Source: Spirochaetia bacterium (lineage in GTDB: Bacteria; Spirochaetota; Spirochaetia; SZUA-6; Bin103). From it: a stretch of 64,000 nt of DNA. The first letter of the stretch is position 1; each line of letters opens with the position of its first letter. The translations under genes were made by a program, and so were the position numbers. Of the stretch, positions 20,252 through 30,678 are shown in pieces. The notes under the pieces were generated by a model. It was not told the origin of the DNA. It did not search any database and saw nothing but the letters and a program-made list of their open reading frames with translations. The stretch spans positions 736,001 through 800,000 of the forward strand of contig CBDBOV010000006.1 of NCBI GenBank assembly GCA_965208575.1, in the 5' to 3' direction.

Positions 20252-21234
20252 CAGGTGAACCGGATGCGCGGATCGACCAGGGCCAGCAGCACGTCGGAGA
20301 TCACCGTGCCGACCACCGTCAGCCCGCTCAGCATCATGATGAAGCTGGCCGCCAGGTACATGTCCTGCCCGAGCAGCGAACGCAGCAGCATCGGCCCGGT
20401 GGTCGGCAGGCTCATCACCACCGACACGATGGTGGCCCCCGACACCAGTTGCGGCAGCATCCAGCCGACCGTGGCCACGAACGGGATCAGCGCCAGCCGA
20501 ACCGGGTACTTGAGCAGCAGGCCCAGCTCGGACAGCCCCTTGGCGCGCGCCGCCGCCACGTACGGCTTGAGCAGCTCGTCGAGCAGGTTGGCGCGCACGA
20601 TGCGGATCAGCGACGCGGTGCCGGCCAGCCCCACCGCCAGCATCGGCATCCACAGGTTGGACAACAGGTCCACAACGCGCGCCCAGCTCCACTCGGCGCG
20701 CGCGAAGTCGGGCGAGAAGAAGCCGCCGATGCTGGTATCGAAGTAGCGGAAGCCGACGTACATCAGGATCAGGGCGAACAGGAAGCTCGGCACCGCCAGC
20801 CCCAGAAACCCGAGCGAGGTGGCGATGTAGTCGCCAACCGAGTACTGCCGCACCGCGGAGAAGATGCCGATCGGCACCGACACCACGCACACGAAGATGA
20901 ACGCGCTGGAGGTCAGGACCAGGGTCAGGCCGAGGCGCTCCCACATCAGCGGCGCCACCGGGCGGTTCCAGATGAACGACTCGCCGAAGTCGCCGCGCAG
21001 CAGGATCCCGGAGATCCACTTCCAGTACTGCACCATGATCGGCTGATTGAGGCCGTAGCGCTCCTCGATGGCGCGGATCGCCGACTCGTTGACGCTGGCC
21101 GACTCCATCATCTCCGCCGCCACCGTGTCGGCGAACGTGCCCGGCGGCAACTGGATCAGCAGGAACGAGATGAACGAGATCACCAGCAGTGCCGGCACCG
21201 CGTACAGGACGCGTCGAATGAAGTAGCGGCCCAT
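20251..21234 (-). CDS. ABC transporter permease (OppB type)
   Basis: YFIRR, PPG, ARAKGL, DPRIR. Confidence 0.92.
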   Translation of the reverse strand: MGRYFIRRVLYAVPALLVISFISFLLIQLPPGTFADTVAAEMMESASVNESAIRAIEERYGLNQPIMVQYWKWISGILLRGDFGESFIWNRPVAPLMWERLGLTLVLTSSAFIFVCVVSVPIGIFSAVRQYSVGDYIATSLGFLGLAVPSFLFALILMYVGFRYFDTSIGGFFSPDFARAEWSWARVVDLLSNLWMPMLAVGLAGTASLIRIVRANLLDELLKPYVAAARAKGLSELGLLLKYPVRLALIPFVATVGWMLPQLVSGATIVSVVMSLPTTGPMLLRSLLGQDMYLAASFIMMLSGLTVVGTVISDVLLALVDPRIRFT

Positions 21235-21249
21235 CGCCCCTCAGACGGT

Positions 21250-21296
21250 TCCAGGGCTCCCGAAAGGGGTCCTTGCGGATCCCGGGGAGCCCTGGA
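21250..21296 (-). terminator. Stem-loop after the SBP gene (mRNA-stabilising or attenuating)
   Basis: TCCAGGGCTCCC...GGGAGCCCTGGA 12-bp arms. Confidence 0.6.
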
Positions 21297-21326
21297 TTTC
21301 AGTCAACTTCAGTTCCTCGTCGGATC

Positions 21327-23279
21327 TTAGTCGAAGAAGAACTGCTCGACGCCGACCGGCGAGTCGCTGGGGTAGGACCAGCTCAGAATCAACCGCTCCG
21401 GCAGGTTGCGGAAGTTGTTCTTGGCGATGGTGATGGTCGGGATCGGGAACATGACCCCGATGACGTGGAAGTCATCCGCGGTGATCGCCAGGATCTCGCG
21501 CATCAGCCGCTCCTGTTCCTCCTGCGTCGAGGCCGCGTTGAAGTCGTCGTAGAGCTGGTACTGGCGCTGCACCGACTCCGGCGGCACCATCGCCTCCGGC
21601 GCGTCGGGGTTGTCGTACCACAGCGCCCAGCGGGTGGCGTGCTCGGACTCGAACGGGCTGGTCGGCAGGTAGATGCGCGGGTTCAGGAACAGGTCGCCGC
21701 GGGTGCCGCCGTCGCCCGACCACAACACCACGTCGTGCTCGTTGGCGAAGATCTGCGTCATGTGCAGCGAGCGCTCCACCTCGCTGAATTGCGCGTCGAT
21801 ACCGACCGCGCGCCAGTTGTTGGCGATCAACTCTCCGGGATCGACGAAGCCCGCGATCACCTCGAAGGCGATGCGGATCGGCTTGCCGTCCGGCCCGAGC
21901 CGGATGCCGCTGCCGTCGCGGTCCGCGTAGCCCGCGTCGTCCAGGTACTTGTTGGCCAGGTCGACGTTGTACTCGGTGTACTGCTTGGCCATCTCGTCGG
22001 TATACAGCCCGGAGCTGCGCAGCGGACTGATGTTGGCCACCTCGCCGACGCCGCTGTACACGGTGTCGATGATCGCCTGACGATCGATGGCGTGCGACAG
22101 GCCGATGCGGAAGTTCTTGTTCTGGAACACCTCGCGCTTCACCGGGTCGGGATGGGTCAGGTTGAGCTTGATGGCGATCTCGTTGGCATAGGTGAAATCG
22201 GTGGGGATGATGCGGTAGTCGCCCTTGTCCTGGTTGTCGACGATCAGCGGCCGGAACTTGGGCGCGTTGAGATGGCGCCACTCCATGTCGATCTGGCCGT
22301 TGGCGGCCGCCAGGGCCACCGCGTCCTGATCCTCATACAGGGTGTACTCCTGGAAGTCGATGTAGGGGAGCTGGTTGCCCGCCGTGTCCACCTTCCAGTA
22401 ATAAGGGTTGCGCTCGTAGACCAGCGCGGTGGTGGTTTGCTGCGGGCCGATGGTGATCACGTACGGGCCGATCACCGGGAACGCCGGATCGTAGCGCGGG
22501 TCGGCGGTGGAGCCGTGCGAGTTGAAGAAGCCGCCCTTGATGCCCATCAGCTCGGGCCAGCTCGTGACGCCGGCCTCGGCGACCAGGTCGTCCAGGTTGG
22601 ACGTGTTGTACTTCGGGTGGAACTGCTGCAGGTAGTGCTTGGGGTAGCGGACCGGCTCGCCGTTGGCCTCGCCCGTGCACAGGTGCAGCAGGAACAGGCC
22701 GTTGGGCTTGATGAACGTAATCTTGGCGGTGGTGTCGTCGATCTTCTCGGCGCTGAACGGCTGGCCGCCGGCCATGAACCGCTTGCTCGGCGCGTACTTG
22801 AGCCCGTACTCCTCGTTGGCCACCAGGTCCTCGGCCCAGAACAGGATGTCGTCGGCCGTGAACGGCGCGCCGTCCGACCACTTCATGCCGGGGCGCAGGT
22901 GAAAAGTGTACTCGGTAGCGTTGTCGTTGACCTCGATCTTGTTGGCGGCGTTGAGCACCCAGCCGGTCATGTCGATCTGCCAGCGCACCAGCCCGTCGTG
23001 GTGGGTGGCCTGGCGGTTGACCAGTCCCAGGTCGGCGATGGTGCGCATGCCCTGGCGCCAGGTGCCGCCATACTTGCCGATGCGCTCCACCGGCGTGATC
23101 ACCAGCGGATCGTCGGGCAGCCGCTCCTCGACCGGCGGCAGTTCGCCCGCGGCCACCCGCGCAGCCAGCATCGGCGCCTCCTGGTAGTCCGCCCACAGCG
23201 GAACACCGGCGAGCCCGATAACGAGTGCGAGAACCCCGGCGCCGAGGTTCCTGAGATGCGCGTTACGTTGCAGATTCAC
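21327..23279 (-). CDS. Family 5 substrate-binding protein (EAPML...ELPPVEERLP subfamily, often oligosaccharide-binding)
   Basis: YQEAPMLAARVAAGELPPVEERLP, WSDG, NPYYWKVD..GNQLPYID; AAGGAG RBS then GTG. Confidence 0.9.
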   Translation of the reverse strand: MNLQRNAHLRNLGAGVLALVIGLAGVPLWADYQEAPMLAARVAAGELPPVEERLPDDPLVITPVERIGKYGGTWRQGMRTIADLGLVNRQATHHDGLVRWQIDMTGWVLNAANKIEVNDNATEYTFHLRPGMKWSDGAPFTADDILFWAEDLVANEEYGLKYAPSKRFMAGGQPFSAEKIDDTTAKITFIKPNGLFLLHLCTGEANGEPVRYPKHYLQQFHPKYNTSNLDDLVAEAGVTSWPELMGIKGGFFNSHGSTADPRYDPAFPVIGPYVITIGPQQTTTALVYERNPYYWKVDTAGNQLPYIDFQEYTLYEDQDAVALAAANGQIDMEWRHLNAPKFRPLIVDNQDKGDYRIIPTDFTYANEIAIKLNLTHPDPVKREVFQNKNFRIGLSHAIDRQAIIDTVYSGVGEVANISPLRSSGLYTDEMAKQYTEYNVDLANKYLDDAGYADRDGSGIRLGPDGKPIRIAFEVIAGFVDPGELIANNWRAVGIDAQFSEVERSLHMTQIFANEHDVVLWSGDGGTRGDLFLNPRIYLPTSPFESEHATRWALWYDNPDAPEAMVPPESVQRQYQLYDDFNAASTQEEQERLMREILAITADDFHVIGVMFPIPTITIAKNNFRNLPERLILSWSYPSDSPVGVEQFFFD

Positions 23280-23435
23280 ATTCACTCCTTGGAAAATAGC
23301 ACTTGCGCTCATTTGATTTGGCGCCTCACCAGACCGGGTACGGCGCGAGCATCATCGTACTCACACCATCGCCTGCCGTCAAACCACGGAGGATTTCAGG
23401 ACGCGGGAACGCGGGGATGTGGTACCGTGGGGGTT

Positions 23436-24401
23436 GTGATCCGCATCGTGAAACCGGAAGGGTTCGGGAACATCCAGTTGCAGGAAGTCCCGATCCCGGA
23501 GATCGGCACGCGCGAAGTGCTGGTGCGTACCGAGGCGACCCTGATCAGCCGCGGCTCGGAGTTGTTCCGGCGCTACATCAAGGAAGAGGCGGTGCCGCAG
23601 CGCATCATGGGCTACTCGCTCGCCGGCACCGTGGAGCGGGTCGGCGCGGCCGTGAGCGAGTACCGCGAAGGGCAGCGGGTGTTCGTTACCGCGCCGCATG
23701 CCCAGTACGCGGTGGGCGACGCCGACTCGACCGATGCCGGCCTGGTGCCGCTGCCGGAAGGTGTGACCAGCGAGCAGGCCACCCTGCTGCGGCTCGCCAC
23801 CGAGGCCACGGCGTGGGCCGCGTCATCGGGCGCGAAGCAAGGAGACACCATCGTGATCCTCGGCCAGGGGGTGGTGGGCAGCCTGATGCTGCAGATCCTG
23901 CGCGGCTGCCGGCCGGAGCGCATCGTGACCGTCGACCCGCTGCCGCTGCGCCGGCGGTTGTCCCGCGAGCTGGGCGCCGACCTGGTGCTCGACCCTTCGC
24001 AGGACGACCCGGTTGCGGCGGTGGCTGACCTGACCGGCGGCGCCGGGGCCGACCTGGTGGTCGACTGCGTGGGCGGCTACGACGGCGTGCGCTCGTTCGA
24101 GCAGGCGCAGGAGATGGTGCGCCGCCGCGGCACCCTGCAACTGATCGCCGCCTACCAGCAGCGCCCGCTGCCGCTGGACAGCGCCAGGATCATGCACCGC
24201 CGCCTGGTGGCCGGCATCCTGGTGGACGAACCGCTGTCGCAGGTCGCCCTGCGCGCCGCCGCCATGATCGCAAGCGGCAACATCCAGGCCGACCGCATGA
24301 TCACCCACCGCTTCCCCTGCACCCGCGCCAAGGAAGCCTACGACTTCCTGTGGAACTCCCCGCAAGAAGCCCTCGGCGTCCTCCTCACTTGGCGCGAGTA
24401 G
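23436..24401 (+). CDS. Medium-chain (MDR) alcohol dehydrogenase-like protein
   Basis: LISRGSE, MGYSLAG, ILGQGVVG, GADLVVD, ITHRF; lacks the catalytic Zn-binding Cys; start approximate. Confidence 0.82.
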   Translation: MIRIVKPEGFGNIQLQEVPIPEIGTREVLVRTEATLISRGSELFRRYIKEEAVPQRIMGYSLAGTVERVGAAVSEYREGQRVFVTAPHAQYAVGDADSTDAGLVPLPEGVTSEQATLLRLATEATAWAASSGAKQGDTIVILGQGVVGSLMLQILRGCRPERIVTVDPLPLRRRLSRELGADLVLDPSQDDPVAAVADLTGGAGADLVVDCVGGYDGVRSFEQAQEMVRRRGTLQLIAAYQQRPLPLDSARIMHRRLVAGILVDEPLSQVALRAAAMIASGNIQADRMITHRFPCTRAKEAYDFLWNSPQEALGVLLTWRE

Positions 24402-24472
24402 AAGGAATCGCGGATTTGCGAACAATGCTCCGCGGCGCCGCTGCCGTGAAGGCTGTCAAAGTTGCCGGTTGC

Positions 24473-24501
24473 TTGACGCCATTGCCGTTCCGACATAGGT
24501 T
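24473..24501 (+). promoter_or_regulatory. Putative sigma70 promoter
   Basis: TTGACG-N17-TAGGTT, ending 9 nt before ATG 24511. Confidence 0.55.
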
Positions 24502-24510
24502 CAGAGAGCC

Positions 24511-25986
24511 ATGCGGGCGCCAGGAAGCTCCGACCGCGCCGTTGCGCTGATCGATGACTTGCTGGCGGCTTCCGTAGAGACCGCCAGCGTCGAGTTCAAG
24601 GAGAACAACTCCGCACCCCCTCTGATCGGAAAGTACATCTCCGCGCTCGCCAACGCCGCGGCTCTCGACGATGAGCACTTCGGGTACCTGGTGTGGGGTG
24701 TGCGAGACTCCGACCATTCGATTGTGGGTACCACGTTCGATCCCGACTCGGTCGTACGGAACGGCCAGCCATTACCGTTTTGGCTTGCGCAGCGACTCAC
24801 CCCGGACGTGGCATTTCGATTTCAGACCGTAGTGCACCCGGGCGGGCGGGTGGTGCTGCTGACGGTTCCTGCCGCCACTGCAAGCCCCGTGGACTTCGAT
24901 CGCACAGCGTATCTCCGGATAGGCTCAGCGACGCCGCGTCTGGCCGACTATCCGGAACGCCAAAGGGCACTTTGGAGAAAGCTTCAGCCATTCCTGTGGG
25001 AGACCGGTATCGCGGCGAGCTTCTTGACGGAAGACGAGGTGCTTGCGCGCATCGACTATCCCAGCTACTTCGACCTTACTGATCAGCCGCTGCCGAATAA
25101 TCGACGCGGTATCGTCGAGCGCCTTGGCCACGACCGGGTTATCGGCCCGGATGTCGGCGGCCGCTGGAACATCACGCATCTCGGGGCAATACTGTTCGCC
25201 AAGCGGCTCGACCAGTTCGAGCCAAGCATCGCCCGCAAGGCGGTGCGCTTCGCCTGCTACGATGGGCCGAGCCGGGCGGACGCGGTGATCCACCGGTACG
25301 ATGAACCGCGTGGTTACGGCGCCGGCTTCGTGAATGTGGTCGACTACGTTGACCGGCTGATACCGAAGCGCGAACAGATCGGCAAGGCGTTTCGGACGGA
25401 GCATCCGAGGTTCCCTTCCGTGGCTGTTCGAGAACTGATCGCAAACGCACTCATTCACCAGGACATGACCATTACCGGTGCCGGACCGTCAGTCGAGTTG
25501 TTCAGCAACCGCCTGGAGATCACCAATCCGGGGACACCCTTGATCAGCCCGAACAGATTCATCGACGCTCCGTCGCGTTCACGCAACGAATCACTCGCCG
25601 CTTTCATGCGCCGTATGAAGCTCTGCGAAGAGCAGGGCACCGGAATCGACAAGGTGATAGCGGCGGTGGAGCGCCAACACATGCCGCCGCCTGACTTTCG
25701 CGTCGGGAATGGTCGGATAGAGGCGACGCGGGCGATACTCTTTGCGCCCGTAGCGTATGCCGAAATGACGATTCAGGAACGGATGCGGGCTTGTTATCAA
25801 CATGCCGCCCTGAAGTATCTGGAGCGCGGCGTGCTGACCAATTCCAGTCTGCGGCAGCGCTTTGGTCTTGTGGGTCGGGACGGCGCCAATGTGTCGCAGG
25901 TGATCCGCCTTGCTCGGGATCGCGGCCTGATCAAGCCGTCCGATCCGGCCCACCTGCGATCAGGCTACCTGCCTTTCTGGGCTTAG
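24511..25986 (+). CDS. AlbA_2 (Schlafen-like) domain + HATPase-like ATP-binding protein
   Basis: ETASVEFKEN, ISALAN, YLVWGV, RELIANALIHQD, EITNPG, SRNE, CEEQGTG. Confidence 0.85.
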   Translation: MRAPGSSDRAVALIDDLLAASVETASVEFKENNSAPPLIGKYISALANAAALDDEHFGYLVWGVRDSDHSIVGTTFDPDSVVRNGQPLPFWLAQRLTPDVAFRFQTVVHPGGRVVLLTVPAATASPVDFDRTAYLRIGSATPRLADYPERQRALWRKLQPFLWETGIAASFLTEDEVLARIDYPSYFDLTDQPLPNNRRGIVERLGHDRVIGPDVGGRWNITHLGAILFAKRLDQFEPSIARKAVRFACYDGPSRADAVIHRYDEPRGYGAGFVNVVDYVDRLIPKREQIGKAFRTEHPRFPSVAVRELIANALIHQDMTITGAGPSVELFSNRLEITNPGTPLISPNRFIDAPSRSRNESLAAFMRRMKLCEEQGTGIDKVIAAVERQHMPPPDFRVGNGRIEATRAILFAPVAYAEMTIQERMRACYQHAALKYLERGVLTNSSLRQRFGLVGRDGANVSQVIRLARDRGLIKPSDPAHLRSGYLPFWA

Positions 25987-26035
25987 CGACTCGGAGTACC
26001 GCGCGGACCGGCGTGCATCCGCGCCGCTGCCCGGC

Positions 26036-27646
26036 TCAAGGGTCATCGCCCGGGAGCGGCGGGGTGGTGGCCGGGAGCGTGACGGCGGCGGCGGCCTGGT
26101 CGAGCAGGTGCGCCAGTTGCAGGAGGGTGGTTTCGGAGTAAGGGCGGGCGATGAGCTGGGCGGCGATCGGCAGGCCGGCCGCGGTGTGGCCGGCCGGGAC
26201 CACCACCGACGGCAAGCCGGCGTGGGAGGCCAGGCTGTTGGTGCCGTCGACTCTGCTCTCCCCCACCCGGCTGGCGCCGGCCAGGCTGTAGGGCAGCAGC
26301 AGCGCGTCGAGGCGGTGGCGCGCGAGCACGTCGACCAGGGCGTCGCGGAGCATCGCCTGCGCCTGCAGCCGCGCCAAGTAGTAGTCGCTCTGCTCCGGGG
26401 GCGGCAGCGCAAGCGCCTCCCGGAATCTCCCCTTGAGCCGATCCACCCCAGCGCTTTCGATGAGTTGCTCGACCGTCCGATACGGGACACCCGGTCCGAG
26501 CCGGGCGAAGTAGGCGTTCATGGCCGGAATCAACTCGTAGGAGGTGGCCGAGCTCTGCCGCGTCTCCAGGGTGCCGACGTCCTGCAGGTCGATGCCGGTC
26601 AGCACGGGATCGACCACGATGGCGCCCTCCTGCCGCAGAGTCGCCAGCAGCCGGTCCATGATCTCGATGCCCTCGCCGTGGCGCGGCTCGTCGCGCCACA
26701 TTTCGCGCAGCACGCCGATGCGAAACGCGCCCAGGCCGGCGCCGGCAAGTTGCGCCTCGTACGGCTGCCGGGGAAACCACGGCAGCGCTTCGCCGGTGGT
26801 CATGTCCTCGGGGTCCCAGCCGGTGAGGCAGGTCAGCAGCGCGGCAAGGTCGAACGCCGAGCGCGCCATGATGCCGAGGCGGCCGATGGTGGGCGCCATG
26901 CACATGCTGCCGGCGCGGCTCACCAGCCCGCGCGACGGGATCAGTCCCAGCACGCCACTGTCGGCGGCCGGCATCAGCACCGAACCGCTGGCATCGGTGC
27001 CCAGGCCCAGGGGCGCGTAGTTCGCCGCCAGCGCGGCGCCGGTGCCGCAACTCGATCCGCCCGGCACGTAGTCCAGGTGGTGCGGGTTCAGGGTCTGGCC
27101 GCCGAGCGTGCTCGCGCTCATCGGCGCCTTGCCGAACCAGTCGTTGGCATTGACCTTGGCCAGCACCACCGCGCCGGCATCATGCAGCCGCCGGATCGCC
27201 GCCGCGTCGCGTACCGGAAAGGACTCGGCGAGCGCCGTGAACCCGCCGGTCGTCGGCATGCCGGCGACGTCGATGGTGTCCTTGACCACCACCGGAACGC
27301 CGTGCAGCGGCCCGCGCGCCGCGCGTCGTTCGCGCTCCCGGTCCAACTCGCGCGCCCGCCCCAGGGCCTCGGGATTCAGGTTGATCACCGCGTTGACGCA
27401 CGGCCCGCGCTGGTCGTACGCCGCGATCCGATCCAGGTAGTGCTGCACCAGCCGTTCCGCCGTCAGCCTGCCGTCATCGAGCGCGCGCCCGATTGCCGGC
27501 AACGCCGGCCCCGACACCGCAACCCCTTCCCCGGACCTCCGATCCACCGCCGCAGTGTGGGCCACAATCACGCCCCGGTCCATACACGCGCGCTCCACGC
27601 GTGGTCGGTGGGCACCGACTCCATCTCGTTCGTGACAGCGACCCAT
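26036..27646 (-). CDS. Amidase (amidase-signature family)
   Basis: GPLHGVPVVVKD, GGSSCGTG, GTDASGS; true start probably near 27516. Confidence 0.88.
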   Translation of the reverse strand: MGRCHERDGVGAHRPRVERACMDRGVIVAHTAAVDRRSGEGVAVSGPALPAIGRALDDGRLTAERLVQHYLDRIAAYDQRGPCVNAVINLNPEALGRARELDRERERRAARGPLHGVPVVVKDTIDVAGMPTTGGFTALAESFPVRDAAAIRRLHDAGAVVLAKVNANDWFGKAPMSASTLGGQTLNPHHLDYVPGGSSCGTGAALAANYAPLGLGTDASGSVLMPAADSGVLGLIPSRGLVSRAGSMCMAPTIGRLGIMARSAFDLAALLTCLTGWDPEDMTTGEALPWFPRQPYEAQLAGAGLGAFRIGVLREMWRDEPRHGEGIEIMDRLLATLRQEGAIVVDPVLTGIDLQDVGTLETRQSSATSYELIPAMNAYFARLGPGVPYRTVEQLIESAGVDRLKGRFREALALPPPEQSDYYLARLQAQAMLRDALVDVLARHRLDALLLPYSLAGASRVGESRVDGTNSLASHAGLPSVVVPAGHTAAGLPIAAQLIARPYSETTLLQLAHLLDQAAAAVTLPATTPPLPGDDP

Positions 27647-27739
27647 GTCAGTCGAGTGCCGTCAAGTCCCCCGCGACCAAGCGTGACCAAACGCCGTTTC
27701 TGTAGTACGGTGTGTCCGACGGAGCGGTTCTCCTCAGCC

Positions 27740-29476
27740 ATGCGTAATGCCCTGCTGGTATACCCCGACTACCCCCCCTCCTACTGGGGCATCAACTACG
27801 CCCTGGAGTTGCTCGGCGCGAAGGCGGCTTTCCCGCCGCTCGGACTGCTCACGGTCGCGGCGATGTTTCCTCCGCAGTACGATCTGCGGGTCGTCGACAT
27901 GAACGTCGCCCCGCTCGAAGACTCCGACCTCGAATGGGCCGACATGGTGTTCACGTCGACCATGATCGTGCAGCGGGAGTCGCTGCGCACGGTGATCGAG
28001 CGCTGCAACCGCGCCGGCGTGCCGGTGGTGGCGGGCGGCCCCTATCCGACCGCGTGCCACGAGGAGATCACGGGCGTCGACCACTTCATTCTGGACGAGG
28101 CGGAGGAGACCTTCGCCGGGTTCCTGCAGGACCTGCAAGCAGGCCGAGCCAAGCCGATCTATCGCGAGCCGCGCAAACCCGATGTCACGCGCACGCCGAT
28201 CCCGCGCTTCGACCTGGTCAGGCTGCAGGACTATCACGCCATGTGCGTGCAGTTCTCGCGCGGCTGCCCGTTCGACTGCGAGTTCTGCGACATCACCAAG
28301 CTCTACGGACGCGTACCGCGCACCAAGTGTCCGGAGCAGATGGTGACGGAGTTCGAAGCGCTGTACCGGCAAGGCTGGCGCGGCTACCTGTTCCTGGTCG
28401 ACGACAACTTCATAGGCAACAAGCGCGAGGCCCTGAAGCTGCTGCCGGTGGTCGCCGAGTGGCAGCGCGCGCACAAGTTTCCGTTCCGGCTGTTCACCGA
28501 GGCGAGCGTGAACCTGGCGCGCATGGACACGGTGATGGACGCGATGATCGAGGCCGGCTTCAACGGAGTGTTCCTGGGCATCGAGACGCCCAACCCGAAA
28601 GCCCTGGCGATTACCAAGAAACCGCAGAACATCAGCACGCGCGAGCCGGACTACCTGCTGAACGCGGTGCGCAAGATCCAGCACAAGGGCATGCAGGTGA
28701 TGGGCGGATTCATCCTGGGGCTGGACGGAGACGACGAGCGGGTGTTCGGTTCCCAGGTCCAGTTCATTCAGGACGCCGGCATTCCGATGGCGTTGGTGGG
28801 GCTGCTGACCGCCCTGAAGGGCACGGATCTCTACCAGCGGATGCAATCGGAGGGCCGGCTCCTGGAGGTGCCCGTCGGCACCAGCACGACGGCCCTCAAC
28901 TTCGTACCGCAGATGGACCCGCAGAAACTGATCGAGGGATACCTGCGGGTGAACTCCACCGTCTACGACCCCTCCCTCGAGAACTACTTCGAGCGCTGCC
29001 TGACCTTGTTCCGGCACCTGAAGCCGCTGCCGCACGTGACCCCGTCCCTGCGCGCCCACGAGGTATACCCGGCACTGATGATGGTGCGCGGGCGCCTCTC
29101 GCCCGGCCAGATCCCGGCCTACAGCAAGTTCATCGCGAAGGTGTCGAAGGACCATCCGTCCATGCTCGCGGAGGCGATCCGCCTGGCGGCGCTGGGCTAT
29201 CACTTCGAGAAGTTCACCCGCCATCAGCAGGTATTTCAGGGGTTCAAGGACTTCCTGGAAGCCGAGTTGACGCTGTTCCGGGACGCCGCTTCGCATCCCG
29301 GCACGAATGGGCATGGCTTCGACAGCCGGAGGCAGGCGCTGCTGGCCCGCGTCGACTCACGCTACCGGTCGATCCCGGCCGACTTTCGCTTCGACGCCGA
29401 CGGCCTCGACGACGTGGTGGCCTCGTTCCGGTCCGCGATCAACGACGCCGAGCCGCTGCCGGTTGCCACTCCGTAA
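27740..29476 (+). CDS. B12-binding radical SAM protein (DUF4070/HpnP-like family)
   Basis: PPLGLLTVAA, GGPY, SRGCPFDCEFC (CxxxCxxC), DDNFIG, FLGIET, GFILG. Confidence 0.88.
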   Translation: MRNALLVYPDYPPSYWGINYALELLGAKAAFPPLGLLTVAAMFPPQYDLRVVDMNVAPLEDSDLEWADMVFTSTMIVQRESLRTVIERCNRAGVPVVAGGPYPTACHEEITGVDHFILDEAEETFAGFLQDLQAGRAKPIYREPRKPDVTRTPIPRFDLVRLQDYHAMCVQFSRGCPFDCEFCDITKLYGRVPRTKCPEQMVTEFEALYRQGWRGYLFLVDDNFIGNKREALKLLPVVAEWQRAHKFPFRLFTEASVNLARMDTVMDAMIEAGFNGVFLGIETPNPKALAITKKPQNISTREPDYLLNAVRKIQHKGMQVMGGFILGLDGDDERVFGSQVQFIQDAGIPMALVGLLTALKGTDLYQRMQSEGRLLEVPVGTSTTALNFVPQMDPQKLIEGYLRVNSTVYDPSLENYFERCLTLFRHLKPLPHVTPSLRAHEVYPALMMVRGRLSPGQIPAYSKFIAKVSKDHPSMLAEAIRLAALGYHFEKFTRHQQVFQGFKDFLEAELTLFRDAASHPGTNGHGFDSRRQALLARVDSRYRSIPADFRFDADGLDDVVASFRSAINDAEPLPVATP

Positions 29477-29596
29477 AGCGCTTCTGATCCGCTCGCAGGC
29501 AGGCCGGCCGGCGCTCGAGCCGCGGGTCATGGGCTCGTTCAGGTCCGGTCCCGAAGAAGATCGACACCTTGTCCGGAAATGTGTTATCAAGCGTCC

Positions 29597-30610
29597 ATGG
29601 CACGGAAGAATCGGTTGGTGACGAAGACGACGGTGGTGCTTGCCGTCCTGGTTCTGGGGGTGCTCGCGAGCACTGCCGCACATGCGCGCACGACGGCCGG
29701 GCAGGTGGCGGACCGCGACAGCCTGCAGGCATTCGTCGAGGGAGCGAAGGAATATATCGAGGGGATCACGGACGTCAACGAAGGTGCGAAGCTGCGGGAA
29801 CGGCTTCGACAGGAGGGCGACTGGAAGTCCGGAGAGACGTTTCTGGTGGTCTTCCTGAAGAATGGATACCCCTTCATTCATGGCAACGACCGCAGCGCGG
29901 AGAGCAGGAACCTGCTGGCTGTCGAGGATGAGCGCGGGCTGAAGGTCGTCGCGGAGCTGTTCGCCGCCGCGGCAGCAGGTGGTGGCTTCGTCGAGTACCA
30001 CGTTGACGGGGCGAAGACTGCCTATGCCGTCGAGTACACTTCGGGCATAACCGGAAGACCGTTCGTGCTGGTCGGTGGCTACGTGCAGGACGTCTCCCAC
30101 GTTCCGATCAAGTACGCCGACCTTCCGCGGCCCGCCGTTACCGCGGCGGAGGTCGTGGACCGGGAGACCCTGATCGCCTTTGTCGAGGAGGCCGCGAAAG
30201 CCTACCAGATTGGCGTAATGTCCGAGAACTTCAGCGGCCTGACGGAGATCAGGAACGCTTTCCGTCAAGAAGGCGGATACTGGAAGCAAGGTTCGATCTA
30301 TCTGTGGCTCGTCAGCGGCGCAGGCATCATTCTGTTTCACGCCACCGACAGCGAGCTCGAGGGCAGGCTCGCCAATGTGGATCGGGTGGACGTGAATGGA
30401 GTCAGGTTCGTCCACGAAATGATCACGGGAGCGCGCGAGCAGGAGGAAGGCAAATTTCTCGAGTACAACTTTGACGATCCCACGGTCGAGGGAGATGAAG
30501 AAACGGGATCTCCGAAGATCGGCTACGCCAAGGGCTTCCCGGTACCGAACTCCGACCAGAAGCTCATCGTCGGCTCCGGGATCTTCCTGTCCGACGATCC
30601 CGGCGAGTAA
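29597..30610 (+). CDS. Secreted protein with two tandem single-Cache domains and no output domain
   Basis: Signal peptide; two repeats DR(D/E)xLxAFVExA...GxWKxG...D.NG...G.F.EY...K..YA. Confidence 0.7.
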   Translation: MARKNRLVTKTTVVLAVLVLGVLASTAAHARTTAGQVADRDSLQAFVEGAKEYIEGITDVNEGAKLRERLRQEGDWKSGETFLVVFLKNGYPFIHGNDRSAESRNLLAVEDERGLKVVAELFAAAAAGGGFVEYHVDGAKTAYAVEYTSGITGRPFVLVGGYVQDVSHVPIKYADLPRPAVTAAEVVDRETLIAFVEEAAKAYQIGVMSENFSGLTEIRNAFRQEGGYWKQGSIYLWLVSGAGIILFHATDSELEGRLANVDRVDVNGVRFVHEMITGAREQEEGKFLEYNFDDPTVEGDEETGSPKIGYAKGFPVPNSDQKLIVGSGIFLSDDPGE

Positions 30611-30678
30611 ACGCGGGGAACCTTGGTGTCAGGTCGTACGGCCACGCGCTCGGGCGCGTGGCTCCCATGCGGGCTCTG

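Noticed and set aside
29500-29530. DPRL-coding stretch as another dppC remnant
   Set aside because: Only four codons match, which could be chance in GC-rich DNA
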